Assembly (NCBI RefSeq): GCF_963921235.1 | Contig: NC_086109.1 | Coordinates: forward strand, 29,576,001-29,640,000 | Length of the DNA stretch: 64,000 nucleotides | Origin: Mobula hypostoma | Lineage: Eukaryota | Direction of reading: 5' to 3' | Shown: one piece after another, positions 13,213-25,929 of the stretch | Layout: every line of letters begins with the position of its first letter | Position numbering within the stretch: position 1 is the stretch's first letter | Made by a program: the position numbers and the translations under genes | Notes under the pieces: model-generated | Seen by the model: the letters and a program-made list of their open reading frames with translations, nothing else | The model's database searches: none | What the model was told of the DNA's origin: nothing

Positions 13213-14069
13213 ACTGTAAAGGGGTTGTAGAGTTCACAAACTGTTAGCAAAGCGTGCGCAAATGAATTTCTGGACTGATGCAAAGTTGCTGGGAAATAAT
13301 GACTAACGCTCTTTGTAAAAAATAATTTCTTGTTGAATAACACTGAAAGAAGAATTATGCAATTGTTGCTTAATAATCATTAGTGTTTGCAACAAATCCC
13401 CAAATTTCCAAGCAGTACATTTGTAAAATTTCTACTTCTATAAAAATTGTTTTTCTCCTCATTTTAATTTATTCAAAATATATTTGGAGCCAGTTATCCA
13501 TTTCGAATAAACCAGAAAAATGCAAAGTTGCTTGTCCCTAAAAATGATGAGGAATGCAAGAAGGGGAACTAAACAATTGCACACACTCTTGGATCAGGTC
13601 CAGTGAAGTAACATGACACACCATTTTATACAAACAAACTTGCAACATAGTCAGGGACAATTGTGATGTGGCCAAGAGATTATCACCAGGGCAAAGTGTA
13701 AGGTAATCAGTTTATACTTCACTAAGAATGCTGGCACAGAATCAGCATCAGTTCAGTATTGTGGAGTCTGCAGTCTGAACTCTCAGAATGAGTGGAACAA
13801 TGCCATCAAAGAAAAATGGAATAACAGTTCATGCAGCAGTTTTAACTTAGAAAATATGCCACTGTGTTGTACTGGTGATGAGTGGAGACTAAAGGTGCAA
13901 ATAATAAAGAATATTTATATTAACAAATAGATGTACTTTGAAGAGATTTTAACAATGTATGGTGAACAGTGACAGATGGCGAACAGTGAAGCTGGAGTGA
14001 CTTAAAGCTCAGTCAATGGTGATTGAGTAAAGAGAAATGTACAGGAATGTCATCAACATGGTACTGGTT

Positions 14070-14430
14070 GTAAGGCTGCTGAATGATAACATAAGAAAGC
14101 CAAGCCATCTTTTCACAGCTACCATCGGGCAGGAGGCACACAAACCTGAAGTCCCACACCCCAGTTTCAAGTACAGCTATTTCCTTTCAACAAACCACCA
14201 AAACCCTACAGTTTAGCAACACTATGACCACTTTCTGCTAAAATAGATTTGTTTTCTTTTCTAGTTGTGTTCATTCTTGGTGATAATTGTGCATAATTTA
14301 TGTTTAATTTATGTTATTTCTTGTAATTTTGCTTTCTGATGCTATATGCCTGTGCTGCTACAAGTGAGGTTTTCATTACGCCTATGCATACGTGTACTTG
14401 TGCATATGACAATAAACTCACCTTTACTTA
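14070..14430 (+). mobile_element. Rex1/Babar 3' fragment
   Basis: HLFTATIGQEA/LPSGR-like remnant; GACAATAAACTC tail. Confidence 0.6.
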
Positions 14431-14554
14431 ACTACTGCAAAACAAGTGTAGCTTTTTACATTTTAAAGAATCTCAAATAAGGTGCAAGGTCAATGACAGG
14501 GTAGATTGTGAGGTCAAGAATTTATCTTTATCATGCAAATATATATTCATATTA

Positions 14555-16990
14555 GAATTAAAATTATAATCTTATTTCTTACATCTATCTCACAATATGA
14601 GGGAGTAAAAATCTTTATGTTGTGTCTCCACCGCTATGTACAAGCAATAAAGAAGGGAAATGTGGGAGGATATTTCCCAAAAACTAAGATTGTATACATA
14701 ATTGTTTGACATACATGTATGTATAGATAGACATGCAATCAAATCAATGTGTATTGATAAATCTGATGGTCTGTTGAAAATAGTTGTCCCAGAGCCTGTT
14801 GGTCCTGGCCATAATGTTGCGATACCGTTTGCCAGATGGAAGTAGCAGAAAAAAATTGTGATTGGGGTGGGTGAAGTCCCTGATGATTCTCTGGGCCCTT
14901 TCACATCCTACTTCAAAAATAGAAGCTTCTCCATCAACATAGGCAAATTTTCCTCTTCTCCAGCTAGTTTCTCCTGCAAGGTCCCACAAGGTTCCATCCT
15001 AGGTCCCATTCTTTTCTCTATATACACGCTTCCCCTTGGTCAAATCATTCAAAAACATGACATTTCCTTCCATTGTTATGCTGACGACACACAGCTGTAT
15101 CTCCCCTTGAAACCAAACAACCAGTCATATCTCGTCAACCTCAGGAACTGCCTTAAGGACATAAAGTGTTGGATGGCACAAAACTTCCTACATCTGAATG
15201 AAGGCAAGTCTGAAGTTGTCCTATTTGGCCACCCTGACTCCATCAAAGTGACTACCAACAGTCTTGGTAACCTGTCCACCCTTGTCAAACCCCATGTCAA
15301 AAACCTTGATGTAATATTTGATTCCGCCTTTAAGTTTGACAAGCAAGTTAGCGCAGGAGTAAAAGCCAATATTTTCCAGCTTCGTACTATTGCCAAAATC
15401 AAGTCGTTTCTCTCTTTCAAAGATCTCAAGAAAGTCATCCACGCCCTTATATCCTCCCACTTGGACCACTCCAACTCCCTGTATACTGGGATTAGTCAGT
15501 CGTCCCTGTCCCGCCTGCAACTGGTCCAGAACACCGCAGCCAGGCTCCTGACAGTTGCCCAGAAGAGGGACCATATTACTTCAATCCTGGCCTCTCTCCA
15601 CCGGCTACCAGTATGGTTTAGAATTGATTTTAAGGTTCTCCTCTTTGTTTATAAAGCCCTAAATCGGCTGGCCCCCCTCCTATATCGCAGACCTTCTAAC
15701 CCCTTATTCTATTTCCAGGTCCCTCAGGTCGACCGACTTGGGGCTCCTGGCTGTCCCACAATCTAAATTTAAGTTCAGGGGTGACCCCACCTTTGCTGTT
15801 GTAGCCCCTAGATTGTGGAACAGCATTCCCCTCCCTATCAGATCTGCCCCCTCCATTGATTCTTTTAAGTCCAGGCTCAAAACTTACCTTTATTCACTAG
15901 TGTTTGAATCTTCCAGATGTGGCTGATTTTTAGCTTGTGCCTAGGCTCATGTGTTGTTTATTTTGTGCCTATAAGCTGTGTGCCTTGTTGTTTATATCTG
16001 TGTTTCTTGTATTTGTGATTTTAGCTACTTGCCATAGTTTGTACAGAACTTTGGTCAACATGGGTTGTTTTTAAATGTGCTTTATAAATAAATTTGACTT
16101 GACTTGACTTGACTTTTTATGCACCTGTTGCTGTAAATGTCCTGAACAGAGGAAAGTTCACATCCACAGATGTGCCGGGCTGTCCATATCACTCTGTGCA
16201 GTGCCCTGCGATTGAAGGTAGTACAGTTCCCTTACCAGGCGGTGACACAGCCAGACAGGATGCTCTCGATGGAGCCCCTGTAGAAAGTCCTGAAGATTTG
16301 GAGACTCATGGCAAATTTCTTCAGCTGTCTGAGGTGAAAGAGGCACTGTTGTGCTTTTTTCACCACACAGCTAGCACGTACAGTCCAAATGAGATCCTCG
16401 GTGATGTATATATGGAGGAACTTGAAAGTACTCACCCTCTCAATTACAGTTCCATTGATGTCATTAGGGGTAGCCTGTCTCTGTTCCTCCTGTAATCCAA
16501 AATCAACTCCTTTGCTTTTTCGACACTGGGGAGAGGTTGTTTTCTTGGCACCACTGTGTCAGGGCATTGATTTCTCCTCTGTAGGCTGTCTCATCATTGT
16601 TGGAAATAAGGCCAATCAATGTCTTGTCATCTGCAAGTTTGATCAGCAGGTTAGAGCTGAGCATGGCAACACAGTCATGTGTGTACAGGGAGTAGAAGGG
16701 GGACTCAAGACACAACCCTGAGGGGCTCCTGTTTTGAGGGTCAGAGGGATAGAGGTGATAGTGCCCATCCATACCACCTACCGGCAATCCAGCTGCAGAA
16801 GGTGGGGTGCAGGCCCAGGTCTCTGAGCTTCTTGTCGAGGCTGGGGGGGTAGTTATGGTGTTGAGTGCTGAACTGCAGTCCACGAACAGCATTCTAACAT
16901 AAGCATCCCTTTTTTCCAGGGGAGTGAGGACACTGTGTAGTGATGCAGCTATGGCAGCGTCTGTTGTTTGGTTGTGTTGGTAGCGATCAT
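14555..16990 (-). mobile_element. Rex1/Babar LINE RT pseudogene split by an L2 insertion
   Basis: AYVRMLFVDCSS, IKLADDKTLIGLIS, KKAQQCLFHLRQLKKF, LLPSGKRYRNIMARTNRL; host sequence resumes across the L2 (CCCTT|TTTATGCACC). Confidence 0.9.
14900..16112 (+). mobile_element. L2 LINE, 5'-truncated, relatively young (RT C-terminal half)
   Basis: ~290 stop-free codons: KVPQGSILGPILFSIY, HCYADDTQLY, LQLVQNTAARLL, WFRIDFKVLL; one frameshift, then FAVVAPRLWNSIP; AATAAA(TTGAC)n tail. Confidence 0.95.
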
Positions 16991-17280
16991 GCATGGAGCT
17001 ACTCACTACATGATTCAGTGACACATACCATGTATAAAGTGATATATAAAGTGATTTACAGTTACTGTTCTGTAGATTTGCTAAGTATTTCCACAGAAAA
17101 AGAATCCCAGAGTTGAATGTGGTGACATATTCAGAGGTACAAACATTCAAAGGTTCATTTATTATCAAAGTATACAACTCTGAAAATCTTCTTCTCCACA
17201 AAATCAAGAAAGAAAAGAATGGCAGCACAATCATCAACCTCCTAATCCCTTCTCCCTTCACAAAATAATGAACAAAAAAG

Positions 17281-17641
17281 CATGGACAGAGTGGACGTGG
17301 CAAAGTTGTTTCCCACGATGGGGGAGTCTAATACGAGAGGGCATGACTTAAGGATTGAAGGGCGCCCATTCAGAACAGAGATGCAAAGAAATTTTTTTAG
17401 CCAGAGGGTGGTGAATCTATGGAATTTGTTGCCATGGGCAGCAGTGGAGGCCAAGTCATTGGGTGTATTTAAGGCAGAGATTGATAGGCATCTGAGTAGC
17501 CAGGGCATCAAAGGTTATGGTGAGAAGGCGGGGGAGTGGGACTAAATGGGAGAATGGATCAGCTCATGATAAAATGGCGGAGCAGACTCGATGGGCCGAC
17601 TGGCCGACTTCTGCTCCTTTGTCTTATGGTCTTATGGTCTT
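17281..17641 (+). mobile_element. CR1/HER1 LINE 3' end
   Basis: TRGHDLRIEG...NFFSQRVVNLWNLLP; (TATGGTCT)n tail. Confidence 0.92.
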
Positions 17642-18394
17642 AAAACTGAACAGGCACATCAACACCAACCCCACAATCCCCCTCCCCCGCATACAAAAAT
17701 ATGAGGAAGAATGGGCGAAAAACACAGAATACAAAAAAAAAACATTGGACTGGAACAAAGTCGACATCCAAAATGCAGAAAACCTGGACCATGTTTTCCT
17801 TCTCCATGGCAGAACGATCTCACTAGCAATAAGTCTTCCTATGTATGTGCTCTGATAATAAATTTCACTTTGAACTTTGGTCTAAGATGTTGTAAATTGT
17901 TACTCTCTGGACTTTAGTGTCTCTAAGAGCAGTGGAAAATGAGAAATAGAAGCTTACATTAGTGAATTGGCTAGTGAATTAGTGAATTAGTTTGAAAGAA
18001 ATTAATTTATAGGGCAAAATGGAAGAGTTGAGTGGACTATGCCTTCAAGTGATGACACAATTACAATGTACCAGTTGGATCCTATGTCACAATCCAATAA
18101 TTTCATTGGCATTGTTCCTGACTTTGGCTTTAATGCAGAGGTTATAGATTAACTGAACTCACCAGAAGCAAAGACAGGTTTCAAAATTTTGTCTCCTGAT
18201 CCGAAGAGCTGTTATCTAAACTAGTGTGCCATCTTAACCACATTGAGCTTGACTTCACCATCCATTGCAGTAAAATGTATGAAAAGTACTCAAAGGCTTA
18301 TTAATTCCCAAGGTCAGCCATGATCCCATGGTCACAAGGTCAAAATGGATTGTTCCTGCTTTCATCACTTGTTTTTATACTTAAAAAGAAACAA

Positions 18395-18745
18395 ATTAAA
18401 GATAAGATAAAGATGAAGATAAAACTTAGTTTCATTTATCACATGTACATTGAACATCAGAATATACAGTGAAATGCACTGTTACCCGTCAAATCAAATC
18501 ATTATGTTGGGGGCAGCCAGCAAGTGTCGCTATGCTTCCGGCACCAACATAACATACCGCAACTTACTAGCCCTGACCATAACCTTATGTGTTTAGAATG
18601 TAGGTGTAAACCAGCACACCCAGAGGAAACCCATGCAGTCACGACGAGCATGTACAAACTCCTTACAGACAGTGGTAGGAATTGAACCCCAATTAATGAT
18701 CAACAGCTTTTTAAAGCAATTGCATTTACCACCACACAACTGTGC
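18395..18745 (-). mobile_element. V-domain SINE, same subfamily as 1605-1893
   Basis: Shared GGGGCAGCCAGCAAGTGTCGC segment, V core and TTTATC-type tail. Confidence 0.7.
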
Positions 18746-18779
18746 CAAAATTACTTACATTTAGAGCATTAATAATTAA

Positions 18780-19240
18780 CATCAAAGTCAAAGTGCAGAT
18801 AAGTATGTCACCATATACTACCTTGAGATCCATTTTCTTGCAGGCATTTACAGCAAAATAAAGAAATACGATGGAAATTATGAAAAACTTTGCATAAACA
18901 AAGATTGACAAATAGCCAATGTGCAAAAGGAGGCAAATCATGCAAATAATAAAAAATGAACAAATAATACTAAGACCTTGAGTTGAAGGGTCCCTTAATG
19001 TGAGCCAATAAGTTGTGGAGTGTTTCAGTGTTGAGGAGAGTGAAGTTATCCATGCTGGATGAACAGCCTGATAGCTGTAGGGTAATAACTGTTCCTGGAT
19101 CTGGTTGTGTAAAACCTAAGGATGATAGGGGTCCTTGATGATGAATCCTGTTTTTTGTTTTGCAGTAGCACTTCTTGTAAATATGCTCAGTGGAGGGGAA
19201 GGTTTTTTCCTGTGATCGACTGGGCTGTGTCCACTACTTG
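18780..19240 (-). mobile_element. Rex1/Babar 3' fragment
   Basis: Same 3' UTR as 4173-4400; reverse of ATCATCAAGGACCCC. Confidence 0.7.
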
Positions 19241-19864
19241 CTCCTAAAAAGATACTTCTCTTTGAATTATAGCTCCAAGCTTTTTTTTTTCACAAATATA
19301 TAAAAAATATAAACAGACTTTTTTTCAAGGTATTTCGAACAGTTTAGAAAGGGGAGGGAAGTGAGTGAAATATGAAGATAAACTCTTCTGAGAGCTGTGT
19401 GTAGAAATACATAGTGGTCTGTTGTTGTTGAGGAACTTTTAAGTAATGCCATTATCTGTCCTACACATAAGGAATTGTTATCTCCGTGGTTCACATTTCT
19501 AGGTATTAGACATACATCTGGTTGGTTATTTTTCCTCCTTAAAGCTAAAACATTTACAGCAATCTCAAAGCCTGCAGCAGTTAACACAAAATGCATGGAT
19601 TTTAATGATGGTATCAAAAAATTCTATAAACTCTACTGCAGAGGCTCAACATTTCAGCAGCTTAGAAATTATTATTATTCTTCTTTGTCACTGGTTGTTC
19701 ACTTGAAATGATTTTTCAAAAATTGCTGAAATCTTTTGCACTTATCTCCTTCAAATTTTACAGAGTTTGAAGATGATTGACAGAGATTTGAAACTGTACT
19801 AACGAAGCAAGATGGAATATATTTCGTAAATATATTTTGTAATTTATTTATTGATATTTTTTAC

Positions 19865-20124
19865 TTAGAGATACAGCATGGAACAGGCTCTTCTGGTTCA
19901 CCAAGTCGTGCTGTCTGGCAACCCTCTGATTTAACCCTAGCATAATCACAGGGCAATTTACAATGACCAATTAATCTACTGACCAGTACGTCTTTGGACT
20001 GTGGGAAGAACCAGAGTGCACACGGAGAGGAATGTACAAATTTTCTTACAGAGGATGCCGGAAAGGAACTCCGATGCCCTGAGCTTTAATAGCATCACGC
20101 TAACCGCTACACCACTATGGCGCC
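19865..20124 (-). mobile_element. HE1-like V-SINE with CR1-type tail
   Basis: Reverse strand GGCGCCATAGTGGTGTAGCGGTTAGC head, CCCACAGTCCAAAGACGTAC core, CTGTTCCATGCTGTATCTCT tail. Confidence 0.8.
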
Positions 20125-20218
20125 TTGATCCATAAGTAACCAATCAAACTTCTTGTAAAATGCATTTCCTCTTCACTTGCTGTCTTAAGCTACTGCTATG
20201 AACTGAGATACCTCACTA

Positions 20219-20233
20219 CCTGCCCTCTGGTGC
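20219..20233 (-). promoter_or_regulatory. Candidate CTCF motif
   Basis: Minus strand GCACCAGAGGGCAGG, close to the CCASYAGRKGGCR core; motif match only. Confidence 0.25.
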
Positions 20234-20529
20234 TCTTCAATTCTTAAGATGTGAATAACATAGAATTTTAACAACGCAGTACAGGCCCTTTGGCCTATGA
20301 TGTTATGCTGACCTTTTAACCTACTTGGCATAACATCAAATCATGTAATCCGAACTTCACCCCTTCGTGTTCACTCGAATGAAATCTTCTGCTCATTTCA
20401 TTTTAATTGGGCAGGAAATTGCAGCTAGAAGCATGGAAGTTGACAAATGATTGCTGAACAAATTATCAACAGTATAGACAGTAACTGTTGTAGAAATTGG
20501 ACAGAAATTTGCCGTTAACCTTGGCTACA

Positions 20530-20725
20530 AATGAGTTAGAGTGTAATTTTCTGGTTGTATTTGGTGTGTGTTTAATAGTTCCTTAATATTTTAGTAACCA
20601 TGTATAGATATTGTTTGATTAAGCATTCATGTCTGTTTAAGTGGTTCATTACAGGTTATATGTATAAATATGTGAATTGCATATATCATCACGCTACCAC
20701 ATGATATGGGCACAATTCCTCGTAC
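20530..20725 (+). mobile_element. Possible LTR fragment
   Basis: TG/T-rich start, TATAAAT, CATCACGCTACCACATGAT; termini and TSD not visible. Confidence 0.3.
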
Positions 20726-21199
20726 AGATTTTTCTCTTTGTCATGTTTCATCTTAGTGATCCCTACAATCTCTCAACTGAAGTTAGCCATTGAGTGATCT
20801 CCAGTGCCAAATATGGATAAGTAAAGATTGTCAATGAATGGCAAATTAAAATGAAGTGCTTGCCCCCTTCCCCCCAGTTAACATTGGTCCTATTGAGAAG
20901 AAATGCAGCTAAAATGATCTTAGGTTTGCAGTCAGGTTTGCAGTCATTATGCCTGCCGTCATGCACATGGTTTGAATGCTCACATCTCCTTTGAGCCTAA
21001 CCACTGTACTGAGACAAAGGTCATGTTGAGGTTTGAATTCTAGCACTCTTGATGGAACTCAAGTTTAGTTTTAGTGTGCAGATTATTGGTGAGGAAGTGC
21101 ACGTCGTTGAAATTTGCCCGGTTGTCCTCACTATAAATAACAAGAAAAATCTAATCTAACTAAACATTATAAATAATTATGTTCCCAACCAACAGCAAG

Positions 21200-21340
21200 T
21201 GGTGGAAGGTATTCGTAGTGGTGCCCTTAACAGACCAGGTGACCACTTTGCTGAGTATCTGCACTCTCTGTGAAGGCCATCTGGAGATCCCACATGCAAT
21301 TTATTTTAATTTCCCGCTGCTTTTCCACAGGGATATGCTC
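21200..21340 (+). mobile_element. Decayed Penelope GIY-YIG fragment
   Basis: AGACCAGGTGACCACTTTGCTGAGTATCTGCACTCT (RPGDHFAEYLHS) matches 52990-53030. Confidence 0.6.
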
Positions 21341-21384
21341 AGACTGATGGTTGGAGATGTGTCTATTTTAATGCAAGGAATATC

Positions 21385-22172
21385 AACAGCCTGGCCCTTA
21401 AAACCCAGAAGACCAAGGAGATCATTGTGGACTTCTGGCATGCTAGGAGCCACACTCATGTCCCCATCTACATCAACGGAGCTGTAGTGGAGCGTGTATC
21501 AAGCTTCAAATTCCTTGGTGTCCATATTTCTGAGGATCTCACTTGGTCCCTCCTCCATCCTGGTCAAAAAGGCACAACAGCACCTTAATTTCCTGCGGAG
21601 CATCAAGAAAGCTCACCTCTGTCCCAGGATACTGACGGACTTTTACCGGTGTACCATTGAGAGCATACTCACTAACTGCATCTCCGTGTGGTATGGCAAT
21701 TGTCCCATATCGGGCCACAAAGCACTCCAGCATGTGGTGAAAACTGCCCAGCGGATTATCGGCACCCAATTGCCCACCATTGAGAACATCTACCATAAAC
21801 GCTGCCTGGGCAGGGCGAAAAGCATTATCAAGGATGCATCTCACCCTAACCATGTACTTTTTACTCTCCTCCCATCCGGTAGACGCTACAGGAGCCTCCG
21901 CTCCCGCACCAGCAGGCACAGGAAGAGCTTCCTCCCTGAGGCTGTTACCCTGCTGAACCTCACATCACAGCGCTAAGCAGTATTGCACCCATATTGGACT
22001 GTCTCAGTACTTTTATATTTGTGCGCTGTAGCATTTACTTCTTTATTTGCAGTTATTTTGTAAATAACACTATTCTTTGCATTTCTGGTCAGATGCTAAC
22101 TGCATTTCATTGGCTTTGTATTTGTACTTGGTACAATGACAATAAAGTTGAATCTAATCTAATCTAATCTAA
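21385..22172 (+). mobile_element. Young Rex1/Babar 3' portion
   Basis: KKAQQHLNFLRSIKK...FYRCTIESILTNCISVWYG...LPSGRRYRSLRSRT; (CTAAT)n tail; near-identical to 55868-56365. Confidence 0.93.
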
Positions 22173-22174
22173 TC

Positions 22175-24998
22175 ATGAACAAAACGGATGAGTTTAAAGC
22201 ATGGATCAGTACTTGAAGCTATGATGTTGTGGCCAATATGGAGACTCAAATGCCTATGGGGCAGGAATGACTACTTAAAGTGCCAGGTTTTAGATGCTTC
22301 AGAAAGGACAGGGAGGGGAGCAAAAGAGGTGTGGGCGTGGCACTACCGGTCAGAGATAGTGTCACGGTTGCAGAAATGGAGGAAGTCATGGAGAGGTTGT
22401 CTACTGAGTCTCTGTGGGTGGAAGTTAGAAACAGGAAGGAGTCAATAACTCTGCTGGGTGTTTTTTATAGACCACGCAATAGTAACAGGGACATCGAGGA
22501 GCAGATAGGGAGACAGATTCTGGAAAGGTGTAATAATAACAGGGCTGTTGTGGTGGGAGATTTTAATATCTCAAATATTGATTGGCATATCTCTAGAGTG
22601 AGGGGTTTAGATGGGGTGGAGTTTGTTAGGTGTGTTCAGGAAGGTTTCCTGACACAATATGTAGATAAGCCTACAAGACGAGAGCTGTACTTGATCTGGT
22701 ATTAGGAAATGAACCTGGTCAAGTGTCAGGTCTCTCAGTGGGAGAGCATTTTGGAGATAGTGATCACAATTCTATCACCTTTACCATAGCATTGGAGAGG
22801 GATAGGAACAGACAAGTTAGGAAAATGTTTAAATGGAGTGAGGGGAAATATGAAGCTATCAGCCAGGAACTTGGAAGTATAAATTGGGAGCAGATGTTTT
22901 CAGGGAAATGTATGGCAGAAATGTGGCAAATGTTCAGGGGATATTTGCTTGGTATTCTGCATAAGTACATTCCAACGAGACAGGGAAAGGACGGGCAGGT
23001 ACAGGAACCATGGTGTACAAAGGCTGTTGAAAATCTAGTTAAGAAGAAAAGAAAAGCTTATGAAAGGTTCAAAAAACTAGGTAATGATAGAGATCTAGAA
23101 AATTATAAGGCTAACAGGAAGGAGTTTAAGAATGAAATTAGGAGAGCCAGAAGTGGCCATGAGAAGGCCTTAGGGAGCAGGATTAAAGAAAACCCTAAGG
23201 CATTCTACAAGTATGTGAAGAGCATGAGGAAAAGATTTGAGAGAATAGGACCAATCAAGTGTGACAGTCGAAAAGTGTGTATGGAACCGGAGGAGATAGC
23301 AGAGGTACTTAATAAATACTTTGCGTAGTATTCACTACGAAAATGGACGGCTACTGTAGGGATGACTTACAGCGGACTGAAAAGCTTGAGCATATAGACA
23401 TTCAGAAAGTGGATGTGCTGGAGCTTTCGGAAAGCATCAAGTTGGATAAGTCGCTGGGAGCGGATGAGATGTACCCCAGGCTACTGTGGGAGGCGTGGGC
23501 GGAGATTGCTGAGCCTCTGGTGATGATCTTTGCATCATCCATGGGGACGAGACAGGTTCTGGAGGATTGGAGGGTTGCAGATGTTGTTCCCTTATTCAAG
23601 AAAGGGAGTAGAGATAGCCCAGGAAATTATAGACCGGTGAGTTTTATTTCAGTGGTTGGTAAGTTGATGGAGACTATTTTGAGAGGCAGAATTTATGAAC
23701 ATTTGGAAAGGTATAATATGATTAGGAGTAGTCAGTATGGATTTGTCAAAGGCAGATTGTGCCTTACGAGCCCGACTGAATTTTTTGAGGATGTGACTAA
23801 ACACATTGATGAATGTAGAGCAGTAGATATAGTGTATATGATTTCAACAAGCCACTTGATAAGGTAACCCATGCAAGGCTTATTGAGAAAGTAAGGAGCA
23901 GTGAGATCGAAGGAGACCCTGCTTTGTGGATGCAGAATTAGCTTGCCTACAGAAGGCAAAGAGTGGTTGTAGATGAGCCATATTCTGCATGGAGGTTGGT
24001 GACCAGTGGTGTGCCTCAGGGATGTGTTCTGGGACCCCTTCTCTTCGTGATTTTTATAAATGACCTGGATGAGGAAGTGGAGGGTGGGTTAGTAAACTTG
24101 TTGATGACACAAAGGTTGGGGGTGTTGTGGATAGTGTGGAGGGCTGTCAGAGGTTACAGTGGGACATTGATAGGATGCAAAACTAGACTGAGAAGTGGCT
24201 GAAGGAATTCAACCCAGATAAGTGTGAGGTGGTTCATTTTTGAAGGTCAAATATGATGGCAGAATATAGCATTAATGGTAAGACTCTTGGCAGTGCGGAG
24301 GATCAGAAGGATCTTGGGGTCTGAGTCCATGGGACACTCAAAGTGTGGCACAGGTTGACTGTCTGGATAAGAAGGCATATGGTGCATTGGCCATCATCTT
24401 CTGTGAGATTGAGTTCAAGAGCCAAGAGGTTATGTTACAGCTATATAGGACCCTGGTTAGATCCCGCTTGGAATACTGTGCTCAATTCTGGTCACGTCAC
24501 AACAAGAAGGATGTGAAAACTATTAAAGGGCTGTAGAGGAGATTTACAAGGGTGTTGCCTGGATTGGGGAGCATGCCTTATGAGAATGGGTTGAGTGAAC
24601 TTGGCCTTTTTTCCTTGGAGCGACAGAAGATGAGAGGTGACCTGACAGAGGTGTATACAATTATGAGAGGCATTGATCGTGTGGATAGTCAGAGGCTTTT
24701 TCCCAGGGCTGAAATGGCTAGCATGAGAGGGCATGGTTTTAAGGTGCTGGGAAGTAGATACAGAGGAGATGTCAGGGGTAAGTTTTTATGCAGAGTGGTG
24801 AGTGTGTGGAATGGGCTGCTGGCGACGGTGGTGGAGGCAGATACAATAGCCTTTTAAGAGACTCCTGGGTAGGTACATGGAACTTAGAAAAATAGAGGGC
24901 TATGGGTAACCCCAGGTAATTTCTAAAATAAGTACCTTTGGCACAGCATTGTGGGCTGAAGGGCCTGTATTGTGCTGTAGTTTTCTATGTTTCTATGT
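22175..24998 (+). mobile_element. CR1/HER1 LINE, near-complete ORF2 (APE endonuclease + RT) pseudogene
   Basis: [44 protein letters not shown] across several frameshifts and stops; (TTTCTATG)n tail. Confidence 0.95.
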
Positions 24999-24999
24999 T

Positions 25000-25742
25000 T
25001 CTTTCCTTCTTTCCGATTCAGGTCCTCTCACATGCACCCTTCTTTCTCAGCGTCACCCTTCAACTCCCCATCATCCAGTTCTTTCCCCTCCTCATTCAAC
25101 CTACCAGCACATAATCCATAAACTCTTCCTACTGGGTCCCCTCCGCCTACTGTTTCCATCTGCCCACCCCACCTCCTTAATTTGATTAGATGCTCGACCT
25201 TCACTTACGATGAGATTCCATAATCTGGAGTCCTCTTTCTTTTCAAATCTTTTTATTATTATATTATACAGAAAAAATAACATGAGTACATTGAAGTAAC
25301 AACACTTACAATGTCTCAAAAAATACATTATCTTAAAGATTGAAAAAAAAATTTTGTGATAACAAAAAAAACCTACTAAGCAGAAAGGTGAGGGAGAAAA
25401 AAAAGAAGCCATTACGTGTACAACCCCGGAGTCCTGTGTCATACAAAAAGCTTCTAAAAATAAACATCAAACCACCATAATCTGGAGTCCTCTATCACTA
25501 CTTTCACCCTCACTTTCATCCAATTCCATCTGCTAGTCAATCCCTCCACACCTGGAACCACACACTTGACATTTTGTCCCACCTCAGTTCTCTATATCTC
25601 CCCACTGCACTATCAGTCCAGATAAAGGGTCCTCATGCAAAATGTCACTATTTCCCTCCATAGATGCTGCTTGAACAGTTAGTTATTCCAGCAGATCGAT
25701 TTTAGATCCAGATTCCAGCATCTGCACTCTCTTGTGTCTCTG
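25000..25742 (+). mobile_element. Old Penelope pLTR with hammerhead remnant
   Basis: Pyrimidine-rich pLTR; CAGTCCAGATAAAGGGTCC...AAATGTC; ATAGATGCTGC and CCAGCATCTGCA tail. Confidence 0.65.
25237..25474 (-). mobile_element. Short retroposed L1-like 3' UTR fragment with exact 19-bp TSD
   Basis: CCATAATCTGGAGTCCTCT at 25218-25236 and 25475-25493; minus strand ends AATAAAAAGATTTGAAAAGAA. Confidence 0.75.
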
Positions 25743-25929
25743 TTAACTATCTTGATTAGTAATTTTTCACAGTATTAGAACACACTCTCTTCTCCAGTAC
25801 AGCTTCATGCCTGCAGTTTGCATCACCTACAGCATTTACTGCAGCACACCATCCAGAATCCTACTATAGCACCTCACAGACCCACAAACTCTATGCAGGT
25901 TCATGGTAATATCTCTTCGCTCATAATCC

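Noticed and set aside
14858..14899. N-terminus of the 302-aa ORF
   Set aside because: Antisense Rex sequence upstream of the truncated L2
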